A stretch of DNA of 32,000 bases, taken from NCBI GenBank assembly GCA_947370975.1, contig CANBNG010000003.1, positions 1 through 32,000 on the forward strand, in the 5' to 3' direction. The position numbers were made by a program, and so were the translations under genes. The notes beneath the pieces are model-generated. The model saw only the letters and a list, made by a program, of their open reading frames with translations, did no database searches and had not been told where the DNA came from. This DNA comes from Beijerinckiaceae bacterium (GTDB lineage Bacteria > Pseudomonadota > Alphaproteobacteria > Rhizobiales > Beijerinckiaceae). The stretch's first letter is position 1, and the number at the start of each line of letters is the position of its first letter. This document shows, piece by piece, positions 6,718 through 15,034 of this stretch.

Positions 6718-7212
6718 ATGACAGAGATTCAGGCAGAGGTCGCAGAGGCGGAAATCCCGTCCCGGGAGCCGGCGCTTTTCTTTCCGGGGCTGCGCGGCTT
6801 TTACGACAAGATGGAGCCACTCTCCTGGGTGGTCGTGCGCGTGGGCGTTGGCTGGAACCTCGCCTATCACGGCTGGGGCAAGATCATTCGCGGGATGGAT
6901 GCGCAGACCAAGGCGCTCAACATCACCATCCCCTATCTGGCCGATTACAATTACCCGCTGTCCTATTTCCTGACCTTCGTGGAAGGCCTGGGCGGCCTGT
7001 GCATCATGCTTGGTCTGTTCACGCGCTTCTTTGCGGCGGCCAATGCCATTGAAATGGCCTTCCTTACCTTCGTCGTCTATTGGGGCAACGGCTTTGGATG
7101 GCTGCAGAAGGGCTATGAATACACCCTGCTGTGGGGCGTGATGTGCCTCGCCATTGCGCTGCGCGGCGGCGGGCCGTGGTCGCTCGACCGCCGCATCGGC
7201 AAGGAACTCTGA
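6718..7212 (+). CDS. DoxX family membrane protein
   Basis: A 164-aa polytopic protein with the DoxX-like pattern VGVGWNLAYHGWGKI ... FVEGLGGLCIMLGLFTRF. GGGAG RBS. Confidence 0.8.
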   Translation: MTEIQAEVAEAEIPSREPALFFPGLRGFYDKMEPLSWVVVRVGVGWNLAYHGWGKIIRGMDAQTKALNITIPYLADYNYPLSYFLTFVEGLGGLCIMLGLFTRFFAAANAIEMAFLTFVVYWGNGFGWLQKGYEYTLLWGVMCLAIALRGGGPWSLDRRIGKEL

Positions 7213-7239
7213 CGTCTGCCGGGGCCGGCGCAGCTGGCC

Positions 7240-7374
7240 CTAGTCAGCCTTCTCGACCAGCCAGGCCATTTGCGTGGACTCTGGACGAGCGAGATAGGAA
7301 TCGATGGTGATCAATGTGCCCAACAGCACGGCGACAGCGGCCACGACACTGGCCAGTTCTGAAAATCGGATCAT
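7240..7374 (-). CDS. Possible 44-aa single-pass membrane protein, absent from the ORF track
   Basis: GGGAGG lies 7 nt upstream of the ATG at 7374. Translation: MIRFSELASVVAAVAVLLGTLITIDSYLARPESTQMAWLVEKAD. Confidence 0.5.
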   Translation of the reverse strand: MIRFSELASVVAAVAVLLGTLITIDSYLARPESTQMAWLVEKAD

Positions 7375-7442
7375 GAAAAACCTCCCTCTGGAAGGTGGTC
7401 AGATTACCGGTCCGATCTCACCAAACGATGACTCGCATCGTG

Positions 7443-7483
7443 AAAAAGCCGGCTAACGGATGTTAATCCGGGCCGGCTTTTTT
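7443..7483. terminator. Bidirectional intrinsic terminator
   Basis: AAAAAGCCGGC...(inner CGGA/TCCG)...GCCGGCTTTTTT, with an A-run on the left and a T-run on the right. It lies downstream of the DUF1330 gene on the minus strand. Confidence 0.7.
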
Positions 7484-7523
7484 GCAGTGCGGAAAGATTC
7501 AGCGCGACTGCGCGTTTTTTAGC

Positions 7524-7817
7524 TCAACTGTCGAAACCTTCGACAACCACGAACTCGCCTTCGGCCGCACCAAGGCGATGCTCGCGCGCCGCCTGATATT
7601 CGTCCGAATGATAATAGGCCTTGGCCTGCTCGTAGCTTTCAAATTCCATGATGACGTTGCGCGAGCGCGACGGACCTTCCAGCGCCTCGTAGCGGCCACC
7701 GCGTGCCAGCGGCTTGGCGCCAAACTTTTCCACAGCGACGGCTGTTGCCTTGGCATAGCGCCCATAGGCTTCCGGATCCGACACATCCACGCGCACGATA
7801 ATATAGCCCTTGGCCAT
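7524..7817 (-). CDS. DUF1330 domain-containing protein
   Basis: 97 aa: MAKGYIIVRVDVSDPEAYGRYAKA...VIMEFESYEQAKAYYHSDEYQ matches the DUF1330 pattern. GGAGAA RBS. Confidence 0.85.
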   Translation of the reverse strand: MAKGYIIVRVDVSDPEAYGRYAKATAVAVEKFGAKPLARGGRYEALEGPSRSRNVIMEFESYEQAKAYYHSDEYQAAREHRLGAAEGEFVVVEGFDS

Positions 7818-7971
7818 CCAGTTTCTCCATCATCAGGCTGCCCGAAGCCGGACCGCCGCCGAGCCAGACCATGACAAGTGTCGGCCTGCTCTGCAACCCG
7901 CACCCATCTTGGTGGCGCGCGCGCACGGGTGTATGCAACGCACATACAAGGGCGCGAATGAGGATTGAGAT

Positions 7972-8256
7972 ATGGCCGAAACCAAGACCGTCTTTCGCGT
8001 CAAACTGCGTATCGCCACTTATGCGGACGGCGCTCTGGCATGGCAGCATCTCATCGTCGATCGGCCGAGCGCGGAAGAAGCCAGCGAATTGATCAAATGG
8101 GCGCACCGTCTCGATCGCGACAATGATCTGCTGCGTCCGCATGATGAAAATTGCGCGGTCGAAAAGCGGAAGGTTCCTAACGATGGCCGCCCTGTCGTTC
8201 CGCTTGCGCAGATTTTTGCCTCCCTTGAAGACAGCTTTACGCTGCGCAAGAGCTGA
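7972..8256 (+). CDS. Hypothetical protein (94 aa)
   Basis: ATG preceded by GAGGA at 8 nt. No motif recognised. Confidence 0.55.
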   Translation: MAETKTVFRVKLRIATYADGALAWQHLIVDRPSAEEASELIKWAHRLDRDNDLLRPHDENCAVEKRKVPNDGRPVVPLAQIFASLEDSFTLRKS

Positions 8257-8414
8257 ACGACACCGCACCTGCGCCAACACGCCGCGGACGAAAGTCGATG
8301 GCAGAATTGCAACAACACGCTGCAATATAAGCGCAAACAACGTTTCGTACTTGTGCGCGTACAAAACGAGTCTAGCGTAGGAATTGCGCTTTTGGCGCAT
8401 TCCTCCCCGACTTG

Positions 8415-8447
8415 AGCCGCCTGGCGTATCGCCGGCGGCTTTTTTTT
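8415..8447 (+). terminator. Strong intrinsic terminator
   Basis: AGCCGCC-t-GGCG-tat-CGCC-GGCGGCT (11 bp paired) followed by a run of 7-8 T. Confidence 0.8.
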
Positions 8448-8532
8448 ATGGCGCCCCGCCCGGCATGGGCTGCGGAACCCTTTTTCAGCCCGGCCATTTG
8501 CGAGCGCACAGGTCGCGAGAAGGATCGGGCAC

Positions 8533-8832
8533 ATGAGAAAAGGGATTCTCTTCACATTCCTCGCCGCAACAGCCCTGTTCTCCACCGGGGCCATGGCGCA
8601 GCGTTACAATACCGACATCAATCTGGAGCCGACGTGCCGGACGCCGGGCTCGGGCATGGATCCGCGCTGCATCGGCGACACGACGCCTGGCACAGACCGC
8701 GCCTTGCGGCGCACGCGCAGCGGTGGCCAACGCTATGATTCCCGCGTGAAGACCTATCACCGCGCCGCGACCCGTCCCCACATCAATTGCGCGGCACGCG
8801 CCAACCGCCGCAATCCGCGCTGCATGCGCTGA
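8533..8832 (+). CDS. Small secreted Cys-containing protein (99 aa)
   Basis: Signal-peptide-like N-terminus MRKGILFTFLAATALFSTGAMAQ, AAGGA RBS, four Cys including repeated (D/N)PRC. Confidence 0.65.
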   Translation: MRKGILFTFLAATALFSTGAMAQRYNTDINLEPTCRTPGSGMDPRCIGDTTPGTDRALRRTRSGGQRYDSRVKTYHRAATRPHINCAARANRRNPRCMR

Positions 8833-8843
8833 ATAATAGAAAA

Positions 8844-8866
8844 ACGCCCGCACATTGTGCGGGCGT
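8844..8866. terminator. Hairpin shared by convergent genes; the better terminator is for the minus-strand bicupin gene
   Basis: ACGCCCGCAC-att-GTGCGGGCGT is a 10-bp perfect stem. It is flanked by AGAAAAA on the left, which gives a U-tract on the minus strand. Confidence 0.7.
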
Positions 8867-8896
8867 AGGATGTTTGATCGGCGTTTGAAAAAAACG

Positions 8897-10093
8897 TCAG
8901 ATCGCCGGGCCGATGGACTGGGGCGTGTAGATCGCGCCCGTGAGCTCTTCGGGCTTGAGCGCGCGGATCGCGGGCTCGTCGAAAATATCGGCCATGTCGG
9001 ATGTCACGCCTGTCGCATCGATGGCGTCGAGCCACTTGCGATGCACGCGCGGATCCTGATCTTCATATTCAACCTGGCGTCCGCCCTGCTGGATCGACAG
9101 CGAGCCATAACCTTCCGCACTGCGCTTGCGCAGCGAGATGAAGGGATAGCGACGGCTGCCCATGGAGCAGGCCACGTAACGGGCAGGCTCGGCGCAAGTG
9201 TTGAAATGCTGATGGAACATCCAGAACGGGGGCACATACATGATGCCGTGACGCCACGGGATTTCCTTGAACTCGCTGTCGCCTTCATGCCAGAGCAGCG
9301 AATAGCCTTCGCCGCTTACCGCATGAACATGCGTTCCAGCCGCATGGCGATGGGCTTTCTTGTAGCGACCGACCGGCACCTCGGACGTATGCGAATGCAT
9401 CGTGCTGTCGGCCAGCACGAAGGACACGTTCTTCGAACCCTTGCCGCGCTCGCCGAGATCGTAAAGCTTGAAGCCCGTCAGATCGGGGACAAAATTCGTC
9501 TCCCAAAGATTGAGCTTGGCCTTGCCGTCGGCGCGCACGACTTCGAGATGTTCGCCTTCGCCCTGGAACTGGTTGGGCGAGCCGGCACGCTCGGGGAACT
9601 TGCCGGGATTGTTAAAGACGAAATCCTGATTGTGGTAGAGGTTGAGCGTGAGGGGCGCATCATTGGTGCACGACAGGCGCGCGGTCTCGCGGCCCGAAGA
9701 ATTGAAGATCTGATATTCGCAATTGAGCGGAATGGCGAAGAGCGCCTTCGGGCCCCATTCGAACGTGTGCTTCTCGCCACTCGGCAGCCAGACAGTTGTC
9801 GAGCCAAAGCCCGAAAGGACGAGGAAGAAAGCCTCGTAGAGATGCTTGACCGGACGGGTCTTCTTGCCGGGCAGAACTTCAACCACATAATTGGCCATGA
9901 AGTCGCCACGGCCATGGGCGTGGTTGAAACAGCCGCGTGCGTCATACCAATCCCAGTCCTTGGTCTCGACTGCGAGCAGATCGAAGCCGAAATCCTCGTG
10001 CACGGGAATGTTCTGACCCTTCACCCAGTCGAGATAGGGTTCAACAAGGTAGCGGCCGTCAAGCTCTTCCTGCGGCGTTGCTTTATCAGACAT
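8897..10093 (-). CDS. Bicupin protein (two cupin barrels, metal motif only in the C-terminal one), putative dioxygenase or isomerase-type enzyme
   Basis: 398 aa with AAGGAGAA RBS. The C-terminal cupin has KKAHRHAAGTHVHAVSGEGY (HxH...E) and VPPFWMFHQHFN (the second His motif). The N-terminal barrel (KHLYEAFFLVLSGFG) lacks HxH. Confidence 0.75.
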   Translation of the reverse strand: MSDKATPQEELDGRYLVEPYLDWVKGQNIPVHEDFGFDLLAVETKDWDWYDARGCFNHAHGRGDFMANYVVEVLPGKKTRPVKHLYEAFFLVLSGFGSTTVWLPSGEKHTFEWGPKALFAIPLNCEYQIFNSSGRETARLSCTNDAPLTLNLYHNQDFVFNNPGKFPERAGSPNQFQGEGEHLEVVRADGKAKLNLWETNFVPDLTGFKLYDLGERGKGSKNVSFVLADSTMHSHTSEVPVGRYKKAHRHAAGTHVHAVSGEGYSLLWHEGDSEFKEIPWRHGIMYVPPFWMFHQHFNTCAEPARYVACSMGSRRYPFISLRKRSAEGYGSLSIQQGGRQVEYEDQDPRVHRKWLDAIDATGVTSDMADIFDEPAIRALKPEELTGAIYTPQSIGPAI

Positions 10094-10168
10094 TCTTCTT
10101 CTCCTTATTGAGATCGATGGGGCATGGGCGCATCGCCACTCCCCGGGCGGCGATGCGCGGAGTCGGGA

Positions 10169-11176
10169 TTACTTATCCTTCTTGAGCGCCTCTGCGAGAA
10201 GCTTTTTCGTCTCGTCGGATTGATTGAGCGCGGCAGCAACCGCCTTGGCGACCTCTTCGCCATAGGCGGGCTCGACGGGACGTTCGAGCTTTTCAGCGCG
10301 CGCCTGCAGTTCCTTGTCTTCCATCGCGGCCTTGTAGGCGCCGATCAGCGTCTTCAGACGGTCGGCCGGAATGCCGGGCGGTCCGGCTGTGAGACGCGCG
10401 ATGTCGCCCTGCGACTGCACCAGCGCGATGAGCTCAAGCGCCCTGGCATCCTTCACGAGGGAAGAGAGCTGCGGCACGTCCTTTTCGGCGCCCCCGATCT
10501 GGGCAATGAAACGACCATACCCATTCTCGATAAAGGTCGCGTAGGAGGAGCGCGAGGCAATGGAGCCCACGACCTCGCCGCGCCGCATGGCGAGCTGATC
10601 GTCGGTACCATTATAGCCTGTGAGATTCTTCACCGGCAGTTTCAGCGAATTGGTGAGAATCACCGTCTCCACGAAGGAGGCGCTGCCTGGACCGGCAGAG
10701 GCGAAATTCACCGGCTGCTTTTGCGCGACAAGATCCTCGAACGACTTGATCGGGGATTGGGCGGCAATCACGACCACGCGGGGATCGGATGCGGCCTTGC
10801 CGATCCAGCTCATCTTGGTCAGGTCGAATTTCACGCCCTGCTGATTGACGATCTGGTTATAGATCAGGCCGGTGTTGAACGTGCCCAGCGTCAGGCCATC
10901 GCCCTTGGATGCATAGACCGCGTTCGCGCCGATGATATGGCCCGCACCCGGCATGTTCTTCACGACGAAGGTCGAGCCCGGCAGGTTGCGCTGCATATAT
11001 TCGGCAACGAGCCGACCATAGGAATCATAGCCGCCGCCCGGCGCCGTCGCGACAATATAGGTGACGGTCTTGCCCTTGAAGAATTCCACGCCTTCATCGG
11101 CGAGGGCGGCAGAAGCCTGCGCTGCAATGCAGGCGATGCCAAAAAGCTTCAATGCCTTGTTCATCGTTTCCTCCAA
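10169..11176 (-). CDS. tctC: Tripartite tricarboxylate transporter substrate-binding protein (Bug family)
   Basis: Signal peptide, then GGGYD and MPGAGH motifs typical of Bug/TctC. GGAGGA RBS. Adjacent to tctB and tctA. Confidence 0.9.
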   Translation of the reverse strand: MEETMNKALKLFGIACIAAQASAALADEGVEFFKGKTVTYIVATAPGGGYDSYGRLVAEYMQRNLPGSTFVVKNMPGAGHIIGANAVYASKGDGLTLGTFNTGLIYNQIVNQQGVKFDLTKMSWIGKAASDPRVVVIAAQSPIKSFEDLVAQKQPVNFASAGPGSASFVETVILTNSLKLPVKNLTGYNGTDDQLAMRRGEVVGSIASRSSYATFIENGYGRFIAQIGGAEKDVPQLSSLVKDARALELIALVQSQGDIARLTAGPPGIPADRLKTLIGAYKAAMEDKELQARAEKLERPVEPAYGEEVAKAVAAALNQSDETKKLLAEALKKDK

Positions 11177-11206
11177 ATCGCGCGTGTCGCGCTTTCGTCG
11201 CGGGTT

Positions 11207-11758
11207 TCAGCCCGCAAGACGATCCAGGATGAGTCCGGTGATGGCGCCCTGATAGAGCGACACGCCAAGCACCTTCGTGAAGATGAGATAGAAAGCAGCC
11301 GAAGCGCCGCCGCCCAGAAGCAGCGTGCGCGTCCAGCTTGCGCCCGCCCGCTCGCGCAGGAAGCTGATGAGGAAGATGGGGATCGAGACCCAGAAACCAA
11401 ACAGCAGGACGCCGCCGATCAGGCCGAGGAAATAGACCCAGGCCATGATTTCGCGGCGCAGGCTCTCGGCCGCATCGCGCGGAGCGTCGATCACTTCCGC
11501 CTGCCCGAAATGCACATCATGCCCAACGAGCTTCGCCGCCTTTTCCTCGGCTTCGCGCATCTCGTCCTTTTCATCCGCCGCGGCAGGCTTGCGGCGGAAG
11601 TCGAGACCGATCTGCAGGAGGCAGAGAAAGATGCCGGGAATGCCCACCGTCAGCGGCATGAAGCGCGCGCCTTCGGGATAGGTGAACGACACACCGACCA
11701 TGGTCGTGAACACGGCGAGCATGAAAAACGTCATCGACTGACGAGCGAGCATGGTCAT
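11207..11758 (-). CDS. tctB: Tripartite tricarboxylate transporter small membrane subunit
   Basis: A four-TM small protein between tctA and tctC. I prefer the start at 11758 (MTMLARQ) because it forms an ATGA overlap with the tctA stop; the ORF-track start at 11884 would lie inside tctA. Confidence 0.75.
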   Translation of the reverse strand: MTMLARQSMTFFMLAVFTTMVGVSFTYPEGARFMPLTVGIPGIFLCLLQIGLDFRRKPAAADEKDEMREAEEKAAKLVGHDVHFGQAEVIDAPRDAAESLRREIMAWVYFLGLIGGVLLFGFWVSIPIFLISFLRERAGASWTRTLLLGGGASAAFYLIFTKVLGVSLYQGAITGLILDRLAG

Positions 11759-13266
11759 GCGGACACCTGCATATTGGCGAGAGCGGAGGGCCGGCGGCTC
11801 TTGTAGATCGCAAAGACAATGGTCGTCACGATCATGGTGATGAGCACGAGCGACAGTGGCCGCGTGAAGAAGGACAGGCCCCACAGATCAAGCGCCTTGT
11901 GCAGCGATTCCTCCGCAATGCGGCCAAGCACGAGGCCGATGACAAAGGGAGCGCGTGGCCAATCGGCCCGCAGCATCGCATAACCGACCATGCTCATGGC
12001 GACGAGGATCAGCAGGTTTTCCCACTGCCCTTCGTTCACATAAGCGCCGATCACGACGAGCACGACGATGAAGGGCACGAGCATGGTGGCGTTGATGAAG
12101 GTGAGCACCGCCACCCAGCGCGTGATGAAGAGCAGGAAGGTCACGGCAATCAGATTGCCCACGACCAGCGCCCAGATCAAAGTCCAGACGAGATCGAGAT
12201 GTTTGGTGATCATCGCAGGGCCCGGCTGGATGCCGAGGATCAGGAACGCGCCCATCATCACTGCCATGCCGGATGAACCCGGAATGCCGAAGAAGAGGGT
12301 CGGCAGCAGCGAGCCGCCTTCCTTGGCGTTGCTCGCCGTCTCGGGCGCAATCACGCCCTCAACCGCGCCATGGCCGAAGCGCTCGGGCGTCTTTGAACTC
12401 TGCACAGCATGGCCATAGCAGAGCCAGGCCGCCGCCGAACCGCCAAGGCCCGGAACCATGCCGATCAACGCGCCGATGATCGACGTGCGCAAGGCCAGGA
12501 ACCAGTGACGGGGCACTTCCTTCACGCCCTCGAAAATCTGGCGGTAGGAGAAGTTCACGCCCTCCATCGAAATAGCGGCAATGGAGCCGCCCTTCACCGC
12601 CAGCGAGATCATCTCGGGCACCGCAAACAGGGCGAGCACGCAAGTGACGAGGCTCACGCCATCCCACAGGAACAGATAATCGCCGGCAAAACGCGCGGTG
12701 CCTGTCTGCGGGTCCATGCCGATGGTCGCCAGCATCATGCCAAACAGGCCAACGATCATGCCCTTGAAGATGTTCTCGCCACCCGCAAGGAAAGCGATGA
12801 AGGTGATGCCCAGAATGGCGAGCAGGAAGAATTCGGCGGGACTGAAGGCAAGGACGATCGGCTCGAGAACCGGGATCATGATTGCAAAGACAATCGCGCC
12901 GATAATGCCGCCAACGCCGGACGCCGTGATGCTGGCGCCGAGCGCGCGGCCCGCCTCGCCCTTCTTGGCCATGGGATAGCCATCGATGGTCGTCGCCGCA
13001 TCGTCGCCATCGCCCGGCACGCCGAACATGATGCTCGAAATCTGGCCGCTGGTTCCATTCACCGCATGCATGGTGAGCAGGAAAACCGCGCCTTGCGTCA
13101 TGTCCATGCCGAAGACGAAAGGAATGGCCAGGGCAATCGAAAGACGCCCGCCAATGCCGGGCGTCGCACCGACAATGAGGCCGATCATCACCGCGATCAG
13201 CATGAGCCCCATTGTCTGGGGGGAAGTCAGCAGGGCGCCGAGCGACCCGAACATGACGTCGATCAT
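11755..13266 (-). CDS. tctA: Tripartite tricarboxylate transporter large permease
   Basis: A 503-aa polytopic protein starting MIDVMFGSLGALL with GGGAGG 7-8 nt upstream. The longer ORF-track version (to 13758) would run into the divergent LysR gene. Confidence 0.9.
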   Translation of the reverse strand: MIDVMFGSLGALLTSPQTMGLMLIAVMIGLIVGATPGIGGRLSIALAIPFVFGMDMTQGAVFLLTMHAVNGTSGQISSIMFGVPGDGDDAATTIDGYPMAKKGEAGRALGASITASGVGGIIGAIVFAIMIPVLEPIVLAFSPAEFFLLAILGITFIAFLAGGENIFKGMIVGLFGMMLATIGMDPQTGTARFAGDYLFLWDGVSLVTCVLALFAVPEMISLAVKGGSIAAISMEGVNFSYRQIFEGVKEVPRHWFLALRTSIIGALIGMVPGLGGSAAAWLCYGHAVQSSKTPERFGHGAVEGVIAPETASNAKEGGSLLPTLFFGIPGSSGMAVMMGAFLILGIQPGPAMITKHLDLVWTLIWALVVGNLIAVTFLLFITRWVAVLTFINATMLVPFIVVLVVIGAYVNEGQWENLLILVAMSMVGYAMLRADWPRAPFVIGLVLGRIAEESLHKALDLWGLSFFTRPLSLVLITMIVTTIVFAIYKSRRPSALANMQVSA

Positions 13267-13365
13267 CAAAAAACCTCCCGGGGTACGGTCTCGCGCCATT
13301 CCCAATCCGCCTAGACTAAAGTCACAGCTTGCAGAGGTAAATTGAAACCTTTGGAAGCCAGATAC

Positions 13366-13375
13366 AAAATATTTT
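13366..13375. promoter_or_regulatory. AT-rich 10-bp palindrome AAAATATTTT in the lysR/tctA divergent intergenic region (candidate LTTR operator)
   Basis: A perfect palindrome read directly, 30 bp upstream of the LysR start, and the only AT-only block in this GC-rich spacer. Confidence 0.3.
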
Positions 13376-13404
13376 AAGCTGGCGACCGGCAGGAAAGAGA
13401 AAAC

Positions 13405-14283
13405 ATGCGGCTCGAAGATCTGGATTTTGCGAAATTGCGCGCTTTTCAGCTGGTGGCGACCCACGGGACGCTGGCGGCCGCAGCCACGCAATTGGGTCTG
13501 ACCATTCCCGCCGTCTCGGCCAAGCTCAAGCGGCTCGACGATGTGCTGGGCGTGCCCCTTTTCCGCCGCCTGCCCAACGGGCTCACCCTGACGCCAGCCG
13601 GCGAGCGGTTTCTGCGCGATCTCACCCCCCTGCTGCAGGAAGCCGAGCAGGTGATGGGCCGCGTGCAAACGCAGACTGATGCCCATTCGCAGGAGACCGG
13701 CAGCATTTCCATCGCCATCGGCGGCGATTACACCTCTTTCTTCGTGCCCCGCATGCATGGGTTTCTGGCTGAATTCCCGCGCGTGGAAATCAACATGCGC
13801 GTTGCGCGTACCTCCGATTCACTTGCCGCCTTGCAGGCGGGCAGGACAGATTTCTGCATGGGGGTCTATCCGCGCCTGCCCCAGGGCGTGGCGGCAAAGG
13901 TTGTCGCGCGCACGACCATGTCGCTGGTGACGCGTGCCGATAGCCCGAGCACGCCGGGTGACTGGGAAACCATGCCGCCGGGACGCCTCATCGTCGCGCC
14001 GCGCGGCACCGCTGTCCGCCAACTCTTGCGCAAATCGCCCTTCATGGCCGGCCGGACGAACAATCTCGAATGCCCGACCTGCCAGACGGCCATCGAGCTC
14101 GTCGCGCTGGGCACGGGGCCAGCGATTGTTCACACCTTATGCGTGACGGGCACTGGCATGCGTCATCTGCATGCAACAGATCTCGGTGAAAAACATGGGC
14201 TTTTGCAATTTGTCGTTGCCTACAGGCGCGGTGCGCGACGGTCCTCCGCCGCGCAGGCTTTTTTCGATCACGTCACCGCGTGA
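13405..14283 (+). CDS. LysR family transcriptional regulator
   Basis: N-terminal HTH LRAFQLVATHGTLAAAATQLGLTIPAVSAKLKRLDDVLGVPLFRR. 292 aa, divergent from the tct operon. Confidence 0.9.
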   Translation: MRLEDLDFAKLRAFQLVATHGTLAAAATQLGLTIPAVSAKLKRLDDVLGVPLFRRLPNGLTLTPAGERFLRDLTPLLQEAEQVMGRVQTQTDAHSQETGSISIAIGGDYTSFFVPRMHGFLAEFPRVEINMRVARTSDSLAALQAGRTDFCMGVYPRLPQGVAAKVVARTTMSLVTRADSPSTPGDWETMPPGRLIVAPRGTAVRQLLRKSPFMAGRTNNLECPTCQTAIELVALGTGPAIVHTLCVTGTGMRHLHATDLGEKHGLLQFVVAYRRGARRSSAAQAFFDHVTA

Positions 14284-14301
14284 TCAGCCATCTGCTTGAG
14301 C

Positions 14302-14781
14302 TCAGCAGCCGCGGCAGATGGAATTGACCGCGCGGCTGTTCTGACGCTGCAAGCGGCGGTCGAGGGCCGCAGCAGGATCATCGTTCACGCGCTCGCAGGC
14401 GGCGATCTCTTCCCCGCTATGGTCGGCGCGCCGCGCGAGCACCTGTTCACACTGCGCCGCACTGCGCGTGCGCGCGGCGGCATCGCGGCCCGAACCCGAT
14501 ATGGCGGGATTGCCGGTCGGCTGGGTTGTGGATTGCATGGGCGGGCCAGCATTGCGCGCGCCAGCACCCGTCTGCTGGTTTTGATTGCTCTGCTGCTGAT
14601 TGCTCAGGCCCCCGGGCGTGGTAGGCGCGCCAACTCCTGCGCCCGTGCCGCTCGCAGCCCCACCCGTGCCTCCGGAGCCTCCAGAGGCGCCCGACGACCC
14701 GCCACCCGTCTGCGCCAAGGCCGCGCCCGAGAGGCTGAGCACCATCAGGGCGACCCCATATTTCCCGCTGCTCCTTGCCAT
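14302..14781 (-). CDS. Secreted Gly/Ser/Gln-rich protein with a Cys-containing C-terminus (159 aa)
   Basis: Internal start at 14781 with GGAGGA 8 nt upstream. Signal peptide MARSSGKYGVALMVLSLSGAALAQ, a low-complexity GGGSSGASGGSGGTGG stretch, and four C-terminal Cys. Confidence 0.6.
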   Translation of the reverse strand: MARSSGKYGVALMVLSLSGAALAQTGGGSSGASGGSGGTGGAASGTGAGVGAPTTPGGLSNQQQSNQNQQTGAGARNAGPPMQSTTQPTGNPAISGSGRDAAARTRSAAQCEQVLARRADHSGEEIAACERVNDDPAAALDRRLQRQNSRAVNSICRGC

Positions 14782-15034
14782 GGCCAAGATCCTCCGCTGC
14801 GCGCGAGACGCCCTTGCAATTCCCTCTGTCCCGGTTCCGTTCCACGAAATCATGGAGACCCGTCGTGCGGGTGGGCGGGCCGGTTGACAGGGCTTTGCCT
14901 TTCCCGGAGCATGCGGCCAGCTCCAGTCGGGCGGTTCATCAATGAAACCGCCGAGAAAACAAGGCTGGGCAAGAGGAAATGCTGCTTGGCCAGAGCCAGA
15001 CTCGCAGGCGGCCAAAACGACCCGGGAGATCGAA

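Noticed and set aside
8855-13314. Long plus-strand ORFs (8855..10111, 10124..11806, 11899..12276, 12409..13314) opposite the bicupin and tct genes
   Set aside because: These are shadow ORFs typical of high-G+C DNA. Their translations are Arg/Ala/Gly/His-rich with no motifs or RBS, whereas the minus-strand frames give clear cupin, Bug, TctB and TctA sequences.
11755-13758. 667-aa version of tctA and 225-aa version of tctB from the ORF track
   Set aside because: The N-terminal extensions are non-membrane and Arg/Gly-rich. They overlap the divergent LysR gene or the end of tctA. Internal starts at 13266 and 11758 have an SD or a start/stop overlap and give normal-length proteins.
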